The translations under genes and the position numbers were made by a program. Of a stretch of 64,000 bases of DNA, positions 17,771-26,391 are shown one piece after another (position 1 is the first letter of the stretch; every line of letters begins with the position of its first letter). The notes beneath the pieces are model-generated. The model saw only the letters and a program-made list of their open reading frames with translations. It did no database searches and was not told the DNA's origin. The DNA is from a phage. The stretch is taken from the sequence record PZ151149.1; one strand, given 5' to 3'.

Positions 17771-17943
17771 TAGTTCACCTTTTGTTTTTCAACGCAATAT
17801 AGATTCATAAAGCGTTTATTGTCTTCACGGATAACCTCGCGAGCTTTAACGCAATCCTGCTTTGTTGCAAACTCAATGCTTGACATATTTCCGTAATTAT
17901 ACATTGAATTGCTGATTGCAATCAATAACCATACAGTAGCCAT
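17770..17943 (-). CDS. tiny hydrophobic-N-terminus protein, tandem paralog 1 (57 aa)
   Basis: Below track cutoff; MATVWLLIAISNSMYNYGNMSSIEF...; start overlaps upstream stop (TAATG). Confidence 0.4.
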   Translation of the reverse strand: MATVWLLIAISNSMYNYGNMSSIEFATKQDCVKAREVIREDNKRFMNLYCVEKQKVN

Positions 17944-18110
17944 TATTCTACAACCTCAAAACATTTATCATCAGGAAGAATAGCCCATTCTATGCCGTAT
18001 TCATCCTCAACGTAGTAGCAAGTCCCGTCATGTCGAGCATCATATACATCACCAACAACAAAGCTATCAGCTAGCTCAAAATCTACAGCAACACATTTTA
18101 ATTTGGTCAT
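17943..18110 (-). CDS. hypothetical small protein (55 aa)
   Basis: Internal ATG at 18110 with GAGGA SD; track ORF 17943..18173 starts inside the upstream hairpin. Confidence 0.35.
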   Translation of the reverse strand: MTKLKCVAVDFELADSFVVGDVYDARHDGTCYYVEDEYGIEWAILPDDKCFEVVE

Positions 18111-18147
18111 AATAAAATCCTCACTTGTTTTTGATGGTTGTATTATA

Positions 18148-18165
18148 GCGGGGATTTCTCCCCGC
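18148..18165 (-). other. GC-rich stem-loop downstream of nrdA (no clear U-tract)
   Basis: GCGGGGA-TTTC-TCCCCGC. Confidence 0.3.
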
Positions 18166-18178
18166 GTCAACACTTATT

Positions 18179-20422
18179 TTACAGCTTGCAAGATGAGCAC
18201 TCGCTAGCGTCTTCCGTACCATCTGCACCATCACGCACGTTAGCGTAATACAGGGTTTTCAGACCGTAATATTGAGCAAACAGCATATCATCTAACACAT
18301 CAGCAATATCGACTTTACCAGTCTTATAAGTGCTTGGATCATAGGATGTATTGGAACTAATCGCCTGATCCACAAACTTCTGCATGATCGCTGCCAGTGT
18401 CAGATAAGGCTTGTTACCTTTCTTGATCAGTGTCCAAAGCAGGTCAATAACATCAGCATTATTCTCTACGTTCGGAATAACCTGATTAAATTGCCCTTCT
18501 TTCGATCCTTTAACCGATACAATCCCGCGAGGCGGTTCAATACCGTTTGTGCTGTTAGATACCTGAGAAGACGACTCACACGGCATCAGCGCCGAAAGTG
18601 TACTGTTACGAATGCCATATTTTTTCAGGTCTTCGCGCAGTTCTTCCCAATCCATCTCATACACCGGATCAACCAGTTCATCTACTGTCTTTTTGTACCA
18701 GTCGATAGGCAGTTCACCGCGACCATAACGTGTTTCGTGCATCAGTTCGCAAGCACCCTTCTCTTTTGCTAGTTGCACACTAGCCTTAATCAGAGCATAT
18801 TGCAAGCGTTCAAACGTTTTATGCGTAAACTCGTTAGCGTCTTCATATGTGAAGAAATTATCCGCGAGATACGATGCAAAGTTAGTCACGCCAACACCCA
18901 GAGAGCGACGTTTTTTGGCTGTCAGAGCTTGTTCTACTGGATAATCCTGGTAATCTAACAAGTTGTCAAGCGCACGCACCATAACCATAGCAATGCGTTC
19001 TACTTCTTCCATGTTTTCGATATCGAAATTACCTAAAACATATGCTGCCAAAGTGCATAGACTGATCTCTGAATCATCACGACCCATCGGTTTTGTCGGC
19101 AGAGCAATTTCACAACACAGGTTAGATTGTTTAATCGGTGCTACATTACGAATAAACGCCCCGTGATTGTTCATGTTGTCTGTGAACGCTGGATAGATTC
19201 GACCAGTGTTAAAACGTTCAATTGCCACCGCTAAAAACAGGTCTTCGGCTTTAACACGAGTTTTACGAACACTCGGATCTTTTTCCAGTTTTTCGTAAAG
19301 CTGGCGGAAACCTTCCTCATCTCGGAAGTACAGATCCCACAACAAGCCACCTGCAACATCTGGACTAAACAGAGTAATGTAATCCCGTTTAAGGAATCGC
19401 TCTACCATCAGGTTATTAATCTGTACGCCGTAATCAAGATGACGAATGCGGTTATCTTCCACCCCCTTATTGTTCTTCAACACAATAAGACTTTCAAACT
19501 CTAAATGCCACATTGGGTAATAGAGAGTCGCCGCCCCGCCACGAATACCGCCTTGCGAGCATGACTTAACGGCAGTCTGAAAATGTTTCCAGAATGGGAT
19601 AACGCCAGTATGACGAACTTCACCATGCCCGATCTTAGATCCTTCCGCGCGAATCATGCCAGCGTTGATACCGATACCAGCACGCTTGCTAATATACTTG
19701 ATGATTGCATTTGCTGTTTCGTTGATGCCCTGCAATGAGTCATCACTTTCAATCACCACACACGAACTAAATTGGCGTGTTGGGGTACGCACACCTGCCA
19801 TAATCGGAGTAGGCAGAGAGATTTGCTTATTCGCAACAGCATTATAAAAATCAATCACATGTTCAAGTCGATTTTCTGTCTCTTCTTGATGCAAGCACAT
19901 ACCGATCAGCATATACGCAAATTGCGGTGTTTCAATGATTTTCTTAGTGCTGCGATCCTGAACAAGATATTTCTCTTTTAACTGCATCGCACCAGCATAG
20001 GTCATTTTAAAATCAAGTTTATGGTCGATGAATTTCTCCAGATATTCCACTTCTTCACGGGAATACTTTTGCAGAATTTCACGATCATATTTTCCGGTTG
20101 CAATATTACGCTCAATATGGCTGTAAAAATCAATCGGTTGGAATTGACCGTATACTGATTTACGAAGCGCGAACATTGCAAGGTTACTTGCTACATATTG
20201 ATAATCAGGTGTTTCTACAGTAATGTTATCTGCTGCGACCTTAATCAATACTTTCTGGATATCATTGGTAGACATACCTTCTGTCAGAAGTGGTTCAACC
20301 ATATCAAACAATTCATATGGATCAACGTTATGACCTTCGGCTGCCGCTTCCAGAATTTTCATTACTTTTTCTTTTTCAAACGGAACAGTCAGACCGGAAG
20401 ACTTAACAACATTTTTAATCAT
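18179..20422 (-). CDS. nrdA: ribonucleotide reductase large subunit
   Basis: 747 aa; active-site NLCCEI; C-terminal redox tail ECSSCKL; GAGGT SD. Confidence 0.9.
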   Translation of the reverse strand: MIKNVVKSSGLTVPFEKEKVMKILEAAAEGHNVDPYELFDMVEPLLTEGMSTNDIQKVLIKVAADNITVETPDYQYVASNLAMFALRKSVYGQFQPIDFYSHIERNIATGKYDREILQKYSREEVEYLEKFIDHKLDFKMTYAGAMQLKEKYLVQDRSTKKIIETPQFAYMLIGMCLHQEETENRLEHVIDFYNAVANKQISLPTPIMAGVRTPTRQFSSCVVIESDDSLQGINETANAIIKYISKRAGIGINAGMIRAEGSKIGHGEVRHTGVIPFWKHFQTAVKSCSQGGIRGGAATLYYPMWHLEFESLIVLKNNKGVEDNRIRHLDYGVQINNLMVERFLKRDYITLFSPDVAGGLLWDLYFRDEEGFRQLYEKLEKDPSVRKTRVKAEDLFLAVAIERFNTGRIYPAFTDNMNNHGAFIRNVAPIKQSNLCCEIALPTKPMGRDDSEISLCTLAAYVLGNFDIENMEEVERIAMVMVRALDNLLDYQDYPVEQALTAKKRRSLGVGVTNFASYLADNFFTYEDANEFTHKTFERLQYALIKASVQLAKEKGACELMHETRYGRGELPIDWYKKTVDELVDPVYEMDWEELREDLKKYGIRNSTLSALMPCESSSQVSNSTNGIEPPRGIVSVKGSKEGQFNQVIPNVENNADVIDLLWTLIKKGNKPYLTLAAIMQKFVDQAISSNTSYDPSTYKTGKVDIADVLDDMLFAQYYGLKTLYYANVRDGADGTEDASECSSCKL

Positions 20423-20469
20423 ATTACCTCACTTCATATTTTAGCAGGAACAAGTTTATCCTCCATAAC

Positions 20470-20485
20470 GGGGGCTTTCGCCCCC
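20470..20485. other. palindromic hairpin GGGGGCTTTCGCCCCC between td and nrdA
   Basis: Perfect palindrome; identical element occurs again at 31955..31970. Confidence 0.3.
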
Positions 20486-20490
20486 TTTGT

Positions 20491-21711
20491 TTATACTGCC
20501 ATTTGAGCGGTGATTGCTGGATGGCTTTGATAGTTGTGAATTTTAAAGTCTTTCGGAGTCTTTGTCAATACCTCATCTAAAGATTTAAATTCCGGCAACT
20601 CAATTGTTGGTTTATCAAACGGAACACGGCTTAACTGTTCCATAACCTGATCAAAATGGTTTTTGTAAATGTGAGTATCTCCACCAGAGAAAATCAGTTC
20701 TCCTACCTCAAGATCACACATTTTCGCTATGATGTGAGTTAACAGCGCATAGCTGGCAACATTAAAGGGCAAGCCCAAAAAGCTGTCTACGCTTCGCTGA
20801 AACCACATACAAGACAATTTACCTTCATTGACATAGAATTGCACGAAAGGATGACATACACCTAATACAGCATTATGTGTTCCTTGTACGTTCCATGAGT
20901 CAATAATGATCCGGCGATCCGTTGGATTGTTTTTAATTTGTTCAATCACGTTTTGTAACTGGTCTTCCCAAATCTTCGGGCGATAGACATATTCTTCATC
21001 GTCTTTAGTGCTCGATGTGTCTACGTCCATACTAGCAAAGATCGTGGTATCCGGTGCTAAAATGTCACCGCCCAGATATTCATTATCAAGCAGATAACCG
21101 AAATAACCATCATCTACCCATTCCTGGAATCCCCATAAGCAATATGCATCATTAACAAAATTAGATTGAGTCTTCCAGTGGTCTGCTACCAGAATATAAT
21201 CAAACTCTTCATAACGCATACCACGCCAGATAGCACATAAACGGTCTTCTGTGTCATTGGTTGGTGTAAAGTCTTCTACCCACGGGTGCTTAAATGTATG
21301 TGTATATTTGCTCTTAACGCGCTTAATTTTGATTTCACCGTGTGGATGAATCGGTTTGCGTCGCCATGCCATGCCATACATATTTCCAACATTATAACCA
21401 TTGAATCTCAAAGGATTCTTTTCTTTCATATCAAGACAGTTGCCGCGCCAAATGTCGAAGGCTTCTTCGTCAAACTTACCGCGTGTAATTTCCTGTAAGC
21501 GACGGCGGTCAAGTGATCCCTCCATAAACCATAGCAATTCGCCAATTACAGAGGCTGTAGCCATCTTTTTAGTGGTAAGTAAGGGGAAACCCTTGCTTAA
21601 GTCAATTCGCATTTCTGCACCGAATTTAGAGAGCGTACCTACCCCCGTTCGGTCTTCACGAGGCCAGCCATTATCAAGAACATCACGCAACAGTTTCAAA
21701 TATTCTTTCAT
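20491..21711 (-). CDS. td: thymidylate synthase with large internal insertion (406 aa)
   Basis: Conserved ThyA blocks DRTGVGT, FPLLTTK, RRIIIDSWNV, LGVCHPFVQFYV, GLPFNVASYALL, GDTHIY; about 125 extra residues between the WRRKP and IWEDQ blocks. Confidence 0.85.
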   Translation of the reverse strand: MKEYLKLLRDVLDNGWPREDRTGVGTLSKFGAEMRIDLSKGFPLLTTKKMATASVIGELLWFMEGSLDRRRLQEITRGKFDEEAFDIWRGNCLDMKEKNPLRFNGYNVGNMYGMAWRRKPIHPHGEIKIKRVKSKYTHTFKHPWVEDFTPTNDTEDRLCAIWRGMRYEEFDYILVADHWKTQSNFVNDAYCLWGFQEWVDDGYFGYLLDNEYLGGDILAPDTTIFASMDVDTSSTKDDEEYVYRPKIWEDQLQNVIEQIKNNPTDRRIIIDSWNVQGTHNAVLGVCHPFVQFYVNEGKLSCMWFQRSVDSFLGLPFNVASYALLTHIIAKMCDLEVGELIFSGGDTHIYKNHFDQVMEQLSRVPFDKPTIELPEFKSLDEVLTKTPKDFKIHNYQSHPAITAQMAV

Positions 21712-21952
21712 CCCACATCACCTTTTTCTTGTTGATTGCTTTCTTACGCAGTTTTGCTACTGTCTCGTCAATATCGATAAAGACAACACCCGGATCGAAT
21801 ACAGTAACAGGTCTTGAAATATCGCTATTTTCTTGCACCGGAAGCCATGATGCTCTCGCTTCATCATAGAGATATTGTAAACCATAATAATCTACGGCTA
21901 CTGCGTAGTTTTCACTGGTAGCCGACCATAGTTGAATAATGGTTATTTTCAT
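21683..21952 (-). CDS. hypothetical protein (89 aa)
   Basis: ATG at 21952 with GGAAGGGA SD; overlaps td start by 29 nt. Confidence 0.4.
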   Translation of the reverse strand: MKITIIQLWSATSENYAVAVDYYGLQYLYDEARASWLPVQENSDISRPVTVFDPGVVFIDIDETVAKLRKKAINKKKVMWDERIFETVA

Positions 21953-22044
21953 TATTGTTCCCTTCCGCAATGTAAACACCGACTACCAGCAAACATCAAA
22001 GATTCACCACAATGTTTGCACTCATAATCTGTCAGAATTTTCAT
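21952..22044 (-). CDS. 30-aa zinc-ribbon peptide
   Basis: Below track cutoff; MKILTDYECKHCGESLMFAGSRCLHCGREQ has two CxxC pairs; TAATG coupling to downstream gene. Confidence 0.3.
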   Translation of the reverse strand: MKILTDYECKHCGESLMFAGSRCLHCGREQ

Positions 22045-22045
22045 G

Positions 22046-22627
22046 TTACGCCTTCTTACGTTCTAAAATTTGCTCACTGATCAGATAATTATCAAGGAAG
22101 TAATTATGTTCTTCTTTTGTTGCAAAATCAAAAGATAATTCCTGAATCATTTCCTTAGAGATGCCAACATCATATTCAAACGGATCATTAATTCCTGATC
22201 GTTGAACATACGTTAACACAATACGGTCCGCAAAGTCAACTGCTTTTTCAATCAGGGAAGGTCCGCCAATAACGCTTACCAAACCTTGCAATTTCTCTAT
22301 GACCTCTAATAATTCCTTCAATCCACCATCATTAGTAATCGCGGTATACACATCTGGTTGGTCGCCGTTTTTTGCTTTCGGTGTTGGCTTACTGGTATCG
22401 GTGCTAACAACCACATTCACACGACCTTCCAGTGCTTTAGGGAGACTTTCAAAGGTATTACGTCCCATTACAACCGCCGCAAGATCAACATCTCCCATAG
22501 TGCGCATTTTAAAGTTTTCCATGTCCTTTTTGATTGGACGACCCCACGGTAAACCGCCTTTAAAACCAAAAGCCCAATTTTCATCTGACATTTTAGTATC
22601 ACCAATCGCAAATACACATTGAATCAT
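22046..22627 (-). CDS. frd: dihydrofolate reductase
   Basis: 193 aa (same as T4 Frd); DHFR motifs GGLPWGRP and VVMGRNTFESL; upstream of td. Confidence 0.85.
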   Translation of the reverse strand: MIQCVFAIGDTKMSDENWAFGFKGGLPWGRPIKKDMENFKMRTMGDVDLAAVVMGRNTFESLPKALEGRVNVVVSTDTSKPTPKAKNGDQPDVYTAITNDGGLKELLEVIEKLQGLVSVIGGPSLIEKAVDFADRIVLTYVQRSGINDPFEYDVGISKEMIQELSFDFATKEEHNYFLDNYLISEQILERKKA

Positions 22628-22642
22628 AATATAAATCTCCCA

Positions 22643-22972
22643 TCAAATCAGTTTGAAATAGTTTTCGTTTACATTTTCTTCTGTGATTGCTGTCTTAAAT
22701 TCTTGACCGTTATCCGGTGTGATGAAATAACGGTCAGAATAATCACGAAAACGTTTTAAGTGAGATACCCCAACATTAACACCATGTTCCAAAAAACGAA
22801 AGGTAATCATTTTTGGTTCATATCGATAGTCGCTGGTTAACACAGTACCATCCCCGCGACGGGCTTCATAAACCGTAATACATTCACGATTAGCGGCTTT
22901 AAGGCATTCTTCAATAGTGCCGCACGAGATAATACTTACTTTTTCATCTACGATTTGTTCTACAGTCCACAT
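22643..22972 (-). CDS. hypothetical protein (109 aa)
   Basis: ATG at 22972 with GAGGA SD; possible promoter (GTTGCA, 17 nt, TATAAT) at 23005..23034. Confidence 0.5.
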   Translation of the reverse strand: MWTVEQIVDEKVSIISCGTIEECLKAANRECITVYEARRGDGTVLTSDYRYEPKMITFRFLEHGVNVGVSHLKRFRDYSDRYFITPDNGQEFKTAITEENVNENYFKLI

Positions 22973-23004
22973 AATATAATCCTCTCTTTATTTCGATATG
23001 TGCA

Positions 23005-23442
23005 TTATACTTTGATTCTTACAAACTTGCAACCTAATTCTTTTTCAATTTGTTTCTGGCGCTCTATGTCCTGAGTAATTTTGTATTTGTGTTCCGGTTC
23101 GTCGATTTCATAAGCAACGTTATTAACCGGATCATAACCATCAATTCTATACCCCAATATAGGGTATTGTCGTTTTAATTTTATATTCAAAAGCTGTTCT
23201 ATTGTGTCTAGTGCAATCTTTTCGGCAGCTGATAATCCAAAACGTATTCCAAAATATTGTTTCCTCACCGCTTCCGCAAGTTCTTCTGTTAAAATTATTT
23301 GCTTCTGTTTTCTACCATACACATCAAAATATTCACTATAATCATAACACAGACCTGTGTTTCTTGCAACCTTTTTTATGTCTCTAGTTACATTGGCATG
23401 ACGTTTATTAAATTCTTTCGCAATATCCAGTGAGCTAATCAT
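23005..23442 (-). CDS. Rha-like N-terminal domain fused to PD-(D/E)xK-type endonuclease-like C-terminus (145 aa)
   Basis: N-terminus SSLDIAKEFNKRHANVTRDIKK resembles phage Rha regulatory domain; C-terminus GYRIDGYDPVNNVAYEIDEPEH ... GCKFVRIK resembles DUF559-type nuclease fold. Confidence 0.5.
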   Translation of the reverse strand: MISSLDIAKEFNKRHANVTRDIKKVARNTGLCYDYSEYFDVYGRKQKQIILTEELAEAVRKQYFGIRFGLSAAEKIALDTIEQLLNIKLKRQYPILGYRIDGYDPVNNVAYEIDEPEHKYKITQDIERQKQIEKELGCKFVRIKV

Positions 23443-23469
23443 TTTATCCTCCGTTGCTTAGATGAGTGT

Positions 23470-23497
23470 ATTATACATTACCACATCATCATGTCAA
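23470..23497 (-). promoter_or_regulatory. probable early promoter
   Basis: TTGACA (23497..23492), 16 nt spacer, TATAAT; followed by GGAGGA SD and ATG at 23442. Confidence 0.45.
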
Positions 23498-23559
23498 CAC
23501 CTTTTTCATAAAATTTTAGGCAATAAAAAAGCCTCCCCGAAGGAAGGCTTTAAAATTCA

Positions 23560-24534
23560 TTACATCCCTAACAGAGCGTCAAGATCATCCAGATCAGAAG
23601 CGGAGGAAGTACCGCCACCCAGGTCCAGAGATGCCATCAGGTCATCAGCGGAAGAACTCGACGCTGCGATAGCTGCGGTAGAAACTGACGCGGCGATAGC
23701 TGAGGTAGTGCCAGCATCGAATGCATTCATCTGTGCGTCAAAATCGTCAAGCTGGCTGTTAATCGCTGCCGCAGCACTGGAAGCCGCAGCACCAGCTACC
23801 ATAGAAACGCCCATAGTTTTCTTAAATTTGGTTTCCAGTTCATCGAACGGTTTAAACTGGCTAGGCGCTACAATCTCACCCAGATCAACCATGTTTTCCA
23901 TCAGATATTTCTGATATGCTTCGTCTTCAATCTTCGGAAGCTGTGATTGCTGCATGAAACGAGAATCATCATAGTTCTGGTGTTTATCAACCTTCTTAGC
24001 TTTCAGGAGGAAGTTAGCACCGGAGAACACACAAGTTACATCTACCGGAACTTCGCCCATGTCGGTATTCACGTTCACCATTGCAACGATCTTATCATAA
24101 ATTTTCTGACCGAAGCGGAATTTGAATACCTTACCTTCGTTTTCTGGTGCTTGAGGATCTTTCAGTACCAGAATATTTGCGTAGTAAGAGGCTTTACGCT
24201 TAATCAGTTGCCATTCTGTTTTATCGGTATTGTACAGATCTTTTTCGTTAATATATTTGCACACAGGGCAAGAATCAAAATCACCGTGGGTGCTGGAGCA
24301 GTTTTCCCAATACCATTTGCCATTAACTTTGAAGGAATGGTTTACCAGTTTCACAATCGGCAGACCGTCTTCTGTCTTAGACGGCAGGAAGCGAATCAGG
24401 GCTTCACCGTTACCCGCTGCATCAGTCTTAATCTTCCACTCTTTCGGATCTTCTTTGGAGAAACCGTTGCCACCTTTCAGTGCGGCCAGTTGAGCTTGCA
24501 GTTTGGAGCTATCTTGACGACGGAACATGTTCAT
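23560..24534 (-). CDS. 32: single-stranded DNA-binding protein gp32
   Basis: 324 aa; zinc-binding H/C cluster CSSTHGDFDSCPVC; acidic C-terminal tail DLDDLDALLGM; synteny 59-32-frd. Confidence 0.85.
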   Translation of the reverse strand: MNMFRRQDSSKLQAQLAALKGGNGFSKEDPKEWKIKTDAAGNGEALIRFLPSKTEDGLPIVKLVNHSFKVNGKWYWENCSSTHGDFDSCPVCKYINEKDLYNTDKTEWQLIKRKASYYANILVLKDPQAPENEGKVFKFRFGQKIYDKIVAMVNVNTDMGEVPVDVTCVFSGANFLLKAKKVDKHQNYDDSRFMQQSQLPKIEDEAYQKYLMENMVDLGEIVAPSQFKPFDELETKFKKTMGVSMVAGAAASSAAAAINSQLDDFDAQMNAFDAGTTSAIAASVSTAAIAASSSSADDLMASLDLGGGTSSASDLDDLDALLGM

Positions 24535-24594
24535 AATTATACCTCTTTATACATTAACTATTGATTAATCTACGTTTTATACTATATCAGATAC

Positions 24595-25191
24595 TTAATT
24601 GCTTGTCAATATTTTATCAATTATATCTAACAGTTTTGGTTTTCTATTTTCAAATTCTAACATCTCTTCGGGAGAAATGTCAACTACTTCTGTTTTGTTG
24701 AAAAAGTTTGGGTCTATAGCATCAGCAACAAAGTTTCTCGCAAGTGCTGCCGCTTTCTCATGAACATATATTCCCAAATATATCAACTTCTTTCTTTCGA
24801 CCTGAATATTGGCAACATATTTACCATCTCGTTTATAAAGACTAACACCGATATATTCAGATGATCGACCTTTCTGTTTACCCATATTTCTTGAGTTCTG
24901 TTGCTCGTTCGCATCTCTCAAGTTTTCAATCCGATTATCTGTTATAATTCGGTTAATATGGTCAACGTATTTTGGCATGTATCCATGATGCATAAAGAAA
25001 ATTATTCTATGCTCTTTATGATGTTTACCATCGATACATACCAATCGGTATCCATGACTAGGATTAACTCCACCCGCTCTAGATCCGACTTTGTGCTTTC
25101 GGTTTGTCGATATCTTGCGAATCAGCTTACCGTTATCATATTTAAAGAGTTCATGACAACGAGCATACAATTCAGGATCATATGTTTTCAC
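24595..25191 (-). CDS. HNH-AP2 homing endonuclease (198 aa)
   Basis: Paralog of 17053..17592: HNH core DHINRIITDNRIENLR plus AP2 domain YIGVSLYKRDGKYVANIQ; GTG start; inserted between 59 and 32. Confidence 0.7.
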   Translation of the reverse strand: MKTYDPELYARCHELFKYDNGKLIRKISTNRKHKVGSRAGGVNPSHGYRLVCIDGKHHKEHRIIFFMHHGYMPKYVDHINRIITDNRIENLRDANEQQNSRNMGKQKGRSSEYIGVSLYKRDGKYVANIQVERKKLIYLGIYVHEKAAALARNFVADAIDPNFFNKTEVVDISPEEMLEFENRKPKLLDIIDKILTSN

Positions 25192-25855
25192 CTTTTAACC
25201 TCGATATTTCTTTACACTCTTTAACTACTTTAACAAATAATGCTCTTGCTTTTGCGGCGTCAATAACAAGTAGTTTCTTGTACGCCTTCATTTTAACACT
25301 ATAAGTTTGCCAAATCAAGTCTTTGGCTACCTTGTCGTGTTCGTCGATTATATTTAGAAAGCTATCTAACAACATAAACGACTCAAACGATATAATCCGA
25401 TTTTGCAGTAGCTTAAAGATACCGCTTGTTTCGGTTGCGGGATTGTATGTAATTAGCTCTTTAAGAGTAACCCCGCGTTTTTCGGAGAAATATACCAGAC
25501 TTTTAATGTCATCGTCAAACCTTGTTGCAGCATCAGTGATCTTACCGATATACTCCATGTAAAATCCGTATGCGTCAACATCAGTGATTTCACCTACCCA
25601 TGCATCGGTATTAGCTACCAGATTGCTTAGGAATAGGAAGTATAATTCTCTTAGATTGTACTTTTCCGCTAATTTAGCAAAATAATACTTATCTCTGCGT
25701 TTATTGAATGCGGCATCAGATAACCGCATCCTCCAATTATATTTTACGCAATCATAACGCCCGTTCATATGAGCTTTCATCATGCAATATAACATATACA
25801 CAGATTTAGCATTAATTCGCATATCTGGACCTGGAGGAAGACGGTTTCTGATCAT
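25178..25855 (-). CDS. 59: helicase loader gp59
   Basis: 225 aa; N-terminus MIRNRLPPGPDMRINAKSVYMLYCMMKAHMNGRYD resembles recalled T4 gp59 N-terminus; position upstream of 32. Confidence 0.65.
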   Translation of the reverse strand: MIRNRLPPGPDMRINAKSVYMLYCMMKAHMNGRYDCVKYNWRMRLSDAAFNKRRDKYYFAKLAEKYNLRELYFLFLSNLVANTDAWVGEITDVDAYGFYMEYIGKITDAATRFDDDIKSLVYFSEKRGVTLKELITYNPATETSGIFKLLQNRIISFESFMLLDSFLNIIDEHDKVAKDLIWQTYSVKMKAYKKLLVIDAAKARALFVKVVKECKEISRLKGENI

Positions 25856-25864
25856 ACATACCCC

Positions 25865-26134
25865 TTAAATATCGAGAGTGTTTGTCGGTTCGTCGATCAC
25901 TCCCTTCCTGAGCGTTCTATTTACTATACATTCTTGTGTGATCTTGTCAATAATGGACACCGGAATATACTTCTGATAGTGACCATATTCGATAGAGTTT
26001 TCCTCTACAAACTGAGTTGTTGCTTCAAGATAGGTCAATCCCTCTTCAACAACCAGTTTTTCGATTGCAAGACCGTTTGCTGTTTTATTCGCGGCTTTTA
26101 CCGCATGTTCATTAAGCATTGAACACCCGATCAT
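25865..26134 (-). CDS. hypothetical protein (89 aa) in the syntenic position of gp33
   Basis: Position between 59 and rnh where T4 has gene 33; no motif confirmation. Confidence 0.4.
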   Translation of the reverse strand: MIGCSMLNEHAVKAANKTANGLAIEKLVVEEGLTYLEATTQFVEENSIEYGHYQKYIPVSIIDKITQECIVNRTLRKGVIDEPTNTLDI

Positions 26135-26387
26135 AGAGTTCTACCGCCTCGTCTCGTTCTGCTTCGAAGGTTTCGCGCTGTTGCTGGTGATACAGTTTAA
26201 ACAGAATGCCCCACATTTTACCGTCTACGCCTAATTCTTCTTTAGCACGCTTTTTGATCTCTTTGATCTTATCGCCGTATGCTTCTTGAATGGTTTTCTG
26301 ATCGCTGGCTTCTTTAATCAGTTGTGCCAGGGTGTTTCCGTGTACTGCTTCGTCAAATACTACTTTTTCTTTTTTCTGTTCAGTCAT
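26112..26387 (-). CDS. hypothetical protein (91 aa) in the syntenic position of DsbA
   Basis: Size and position similar to T4 dsbA; highly charged, no motif confirmation. Confidence 0.4.
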   Translation of the reverse strand: MTEQKKEKVVFDEAVHGNTLAQLIKEASDQKTIQEAYGDKIKEIKKRAKEELGVDGKMWGILFKLYHQQQRETFEAERDEAVELYDRVFNA

Positions 26388-26391
26388 AATA

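Noticed and set aside
18148-18165. Hairpin after nrdA, and the one at 20470..20485, as rho-independent terminators
   Set aside because: GC-rich stems are present but no U-tract follows on the coding strand; annotated only as stem-loops.
20976-21351. Intein or group I intron in td
   Set aside because: Insert boundaries lack the Cys/Ser start and His-Asn end expected of an intein, and the reading frame is uninterrupted, so there is no evidence of an intron of the kind T4 td carries.
23947-24564. 205-aa plus-strand ORF
   Set aside because: Antisense to gene 32, whose reading frame carries the zinc cluster and acidic tail; no SD or promoter.
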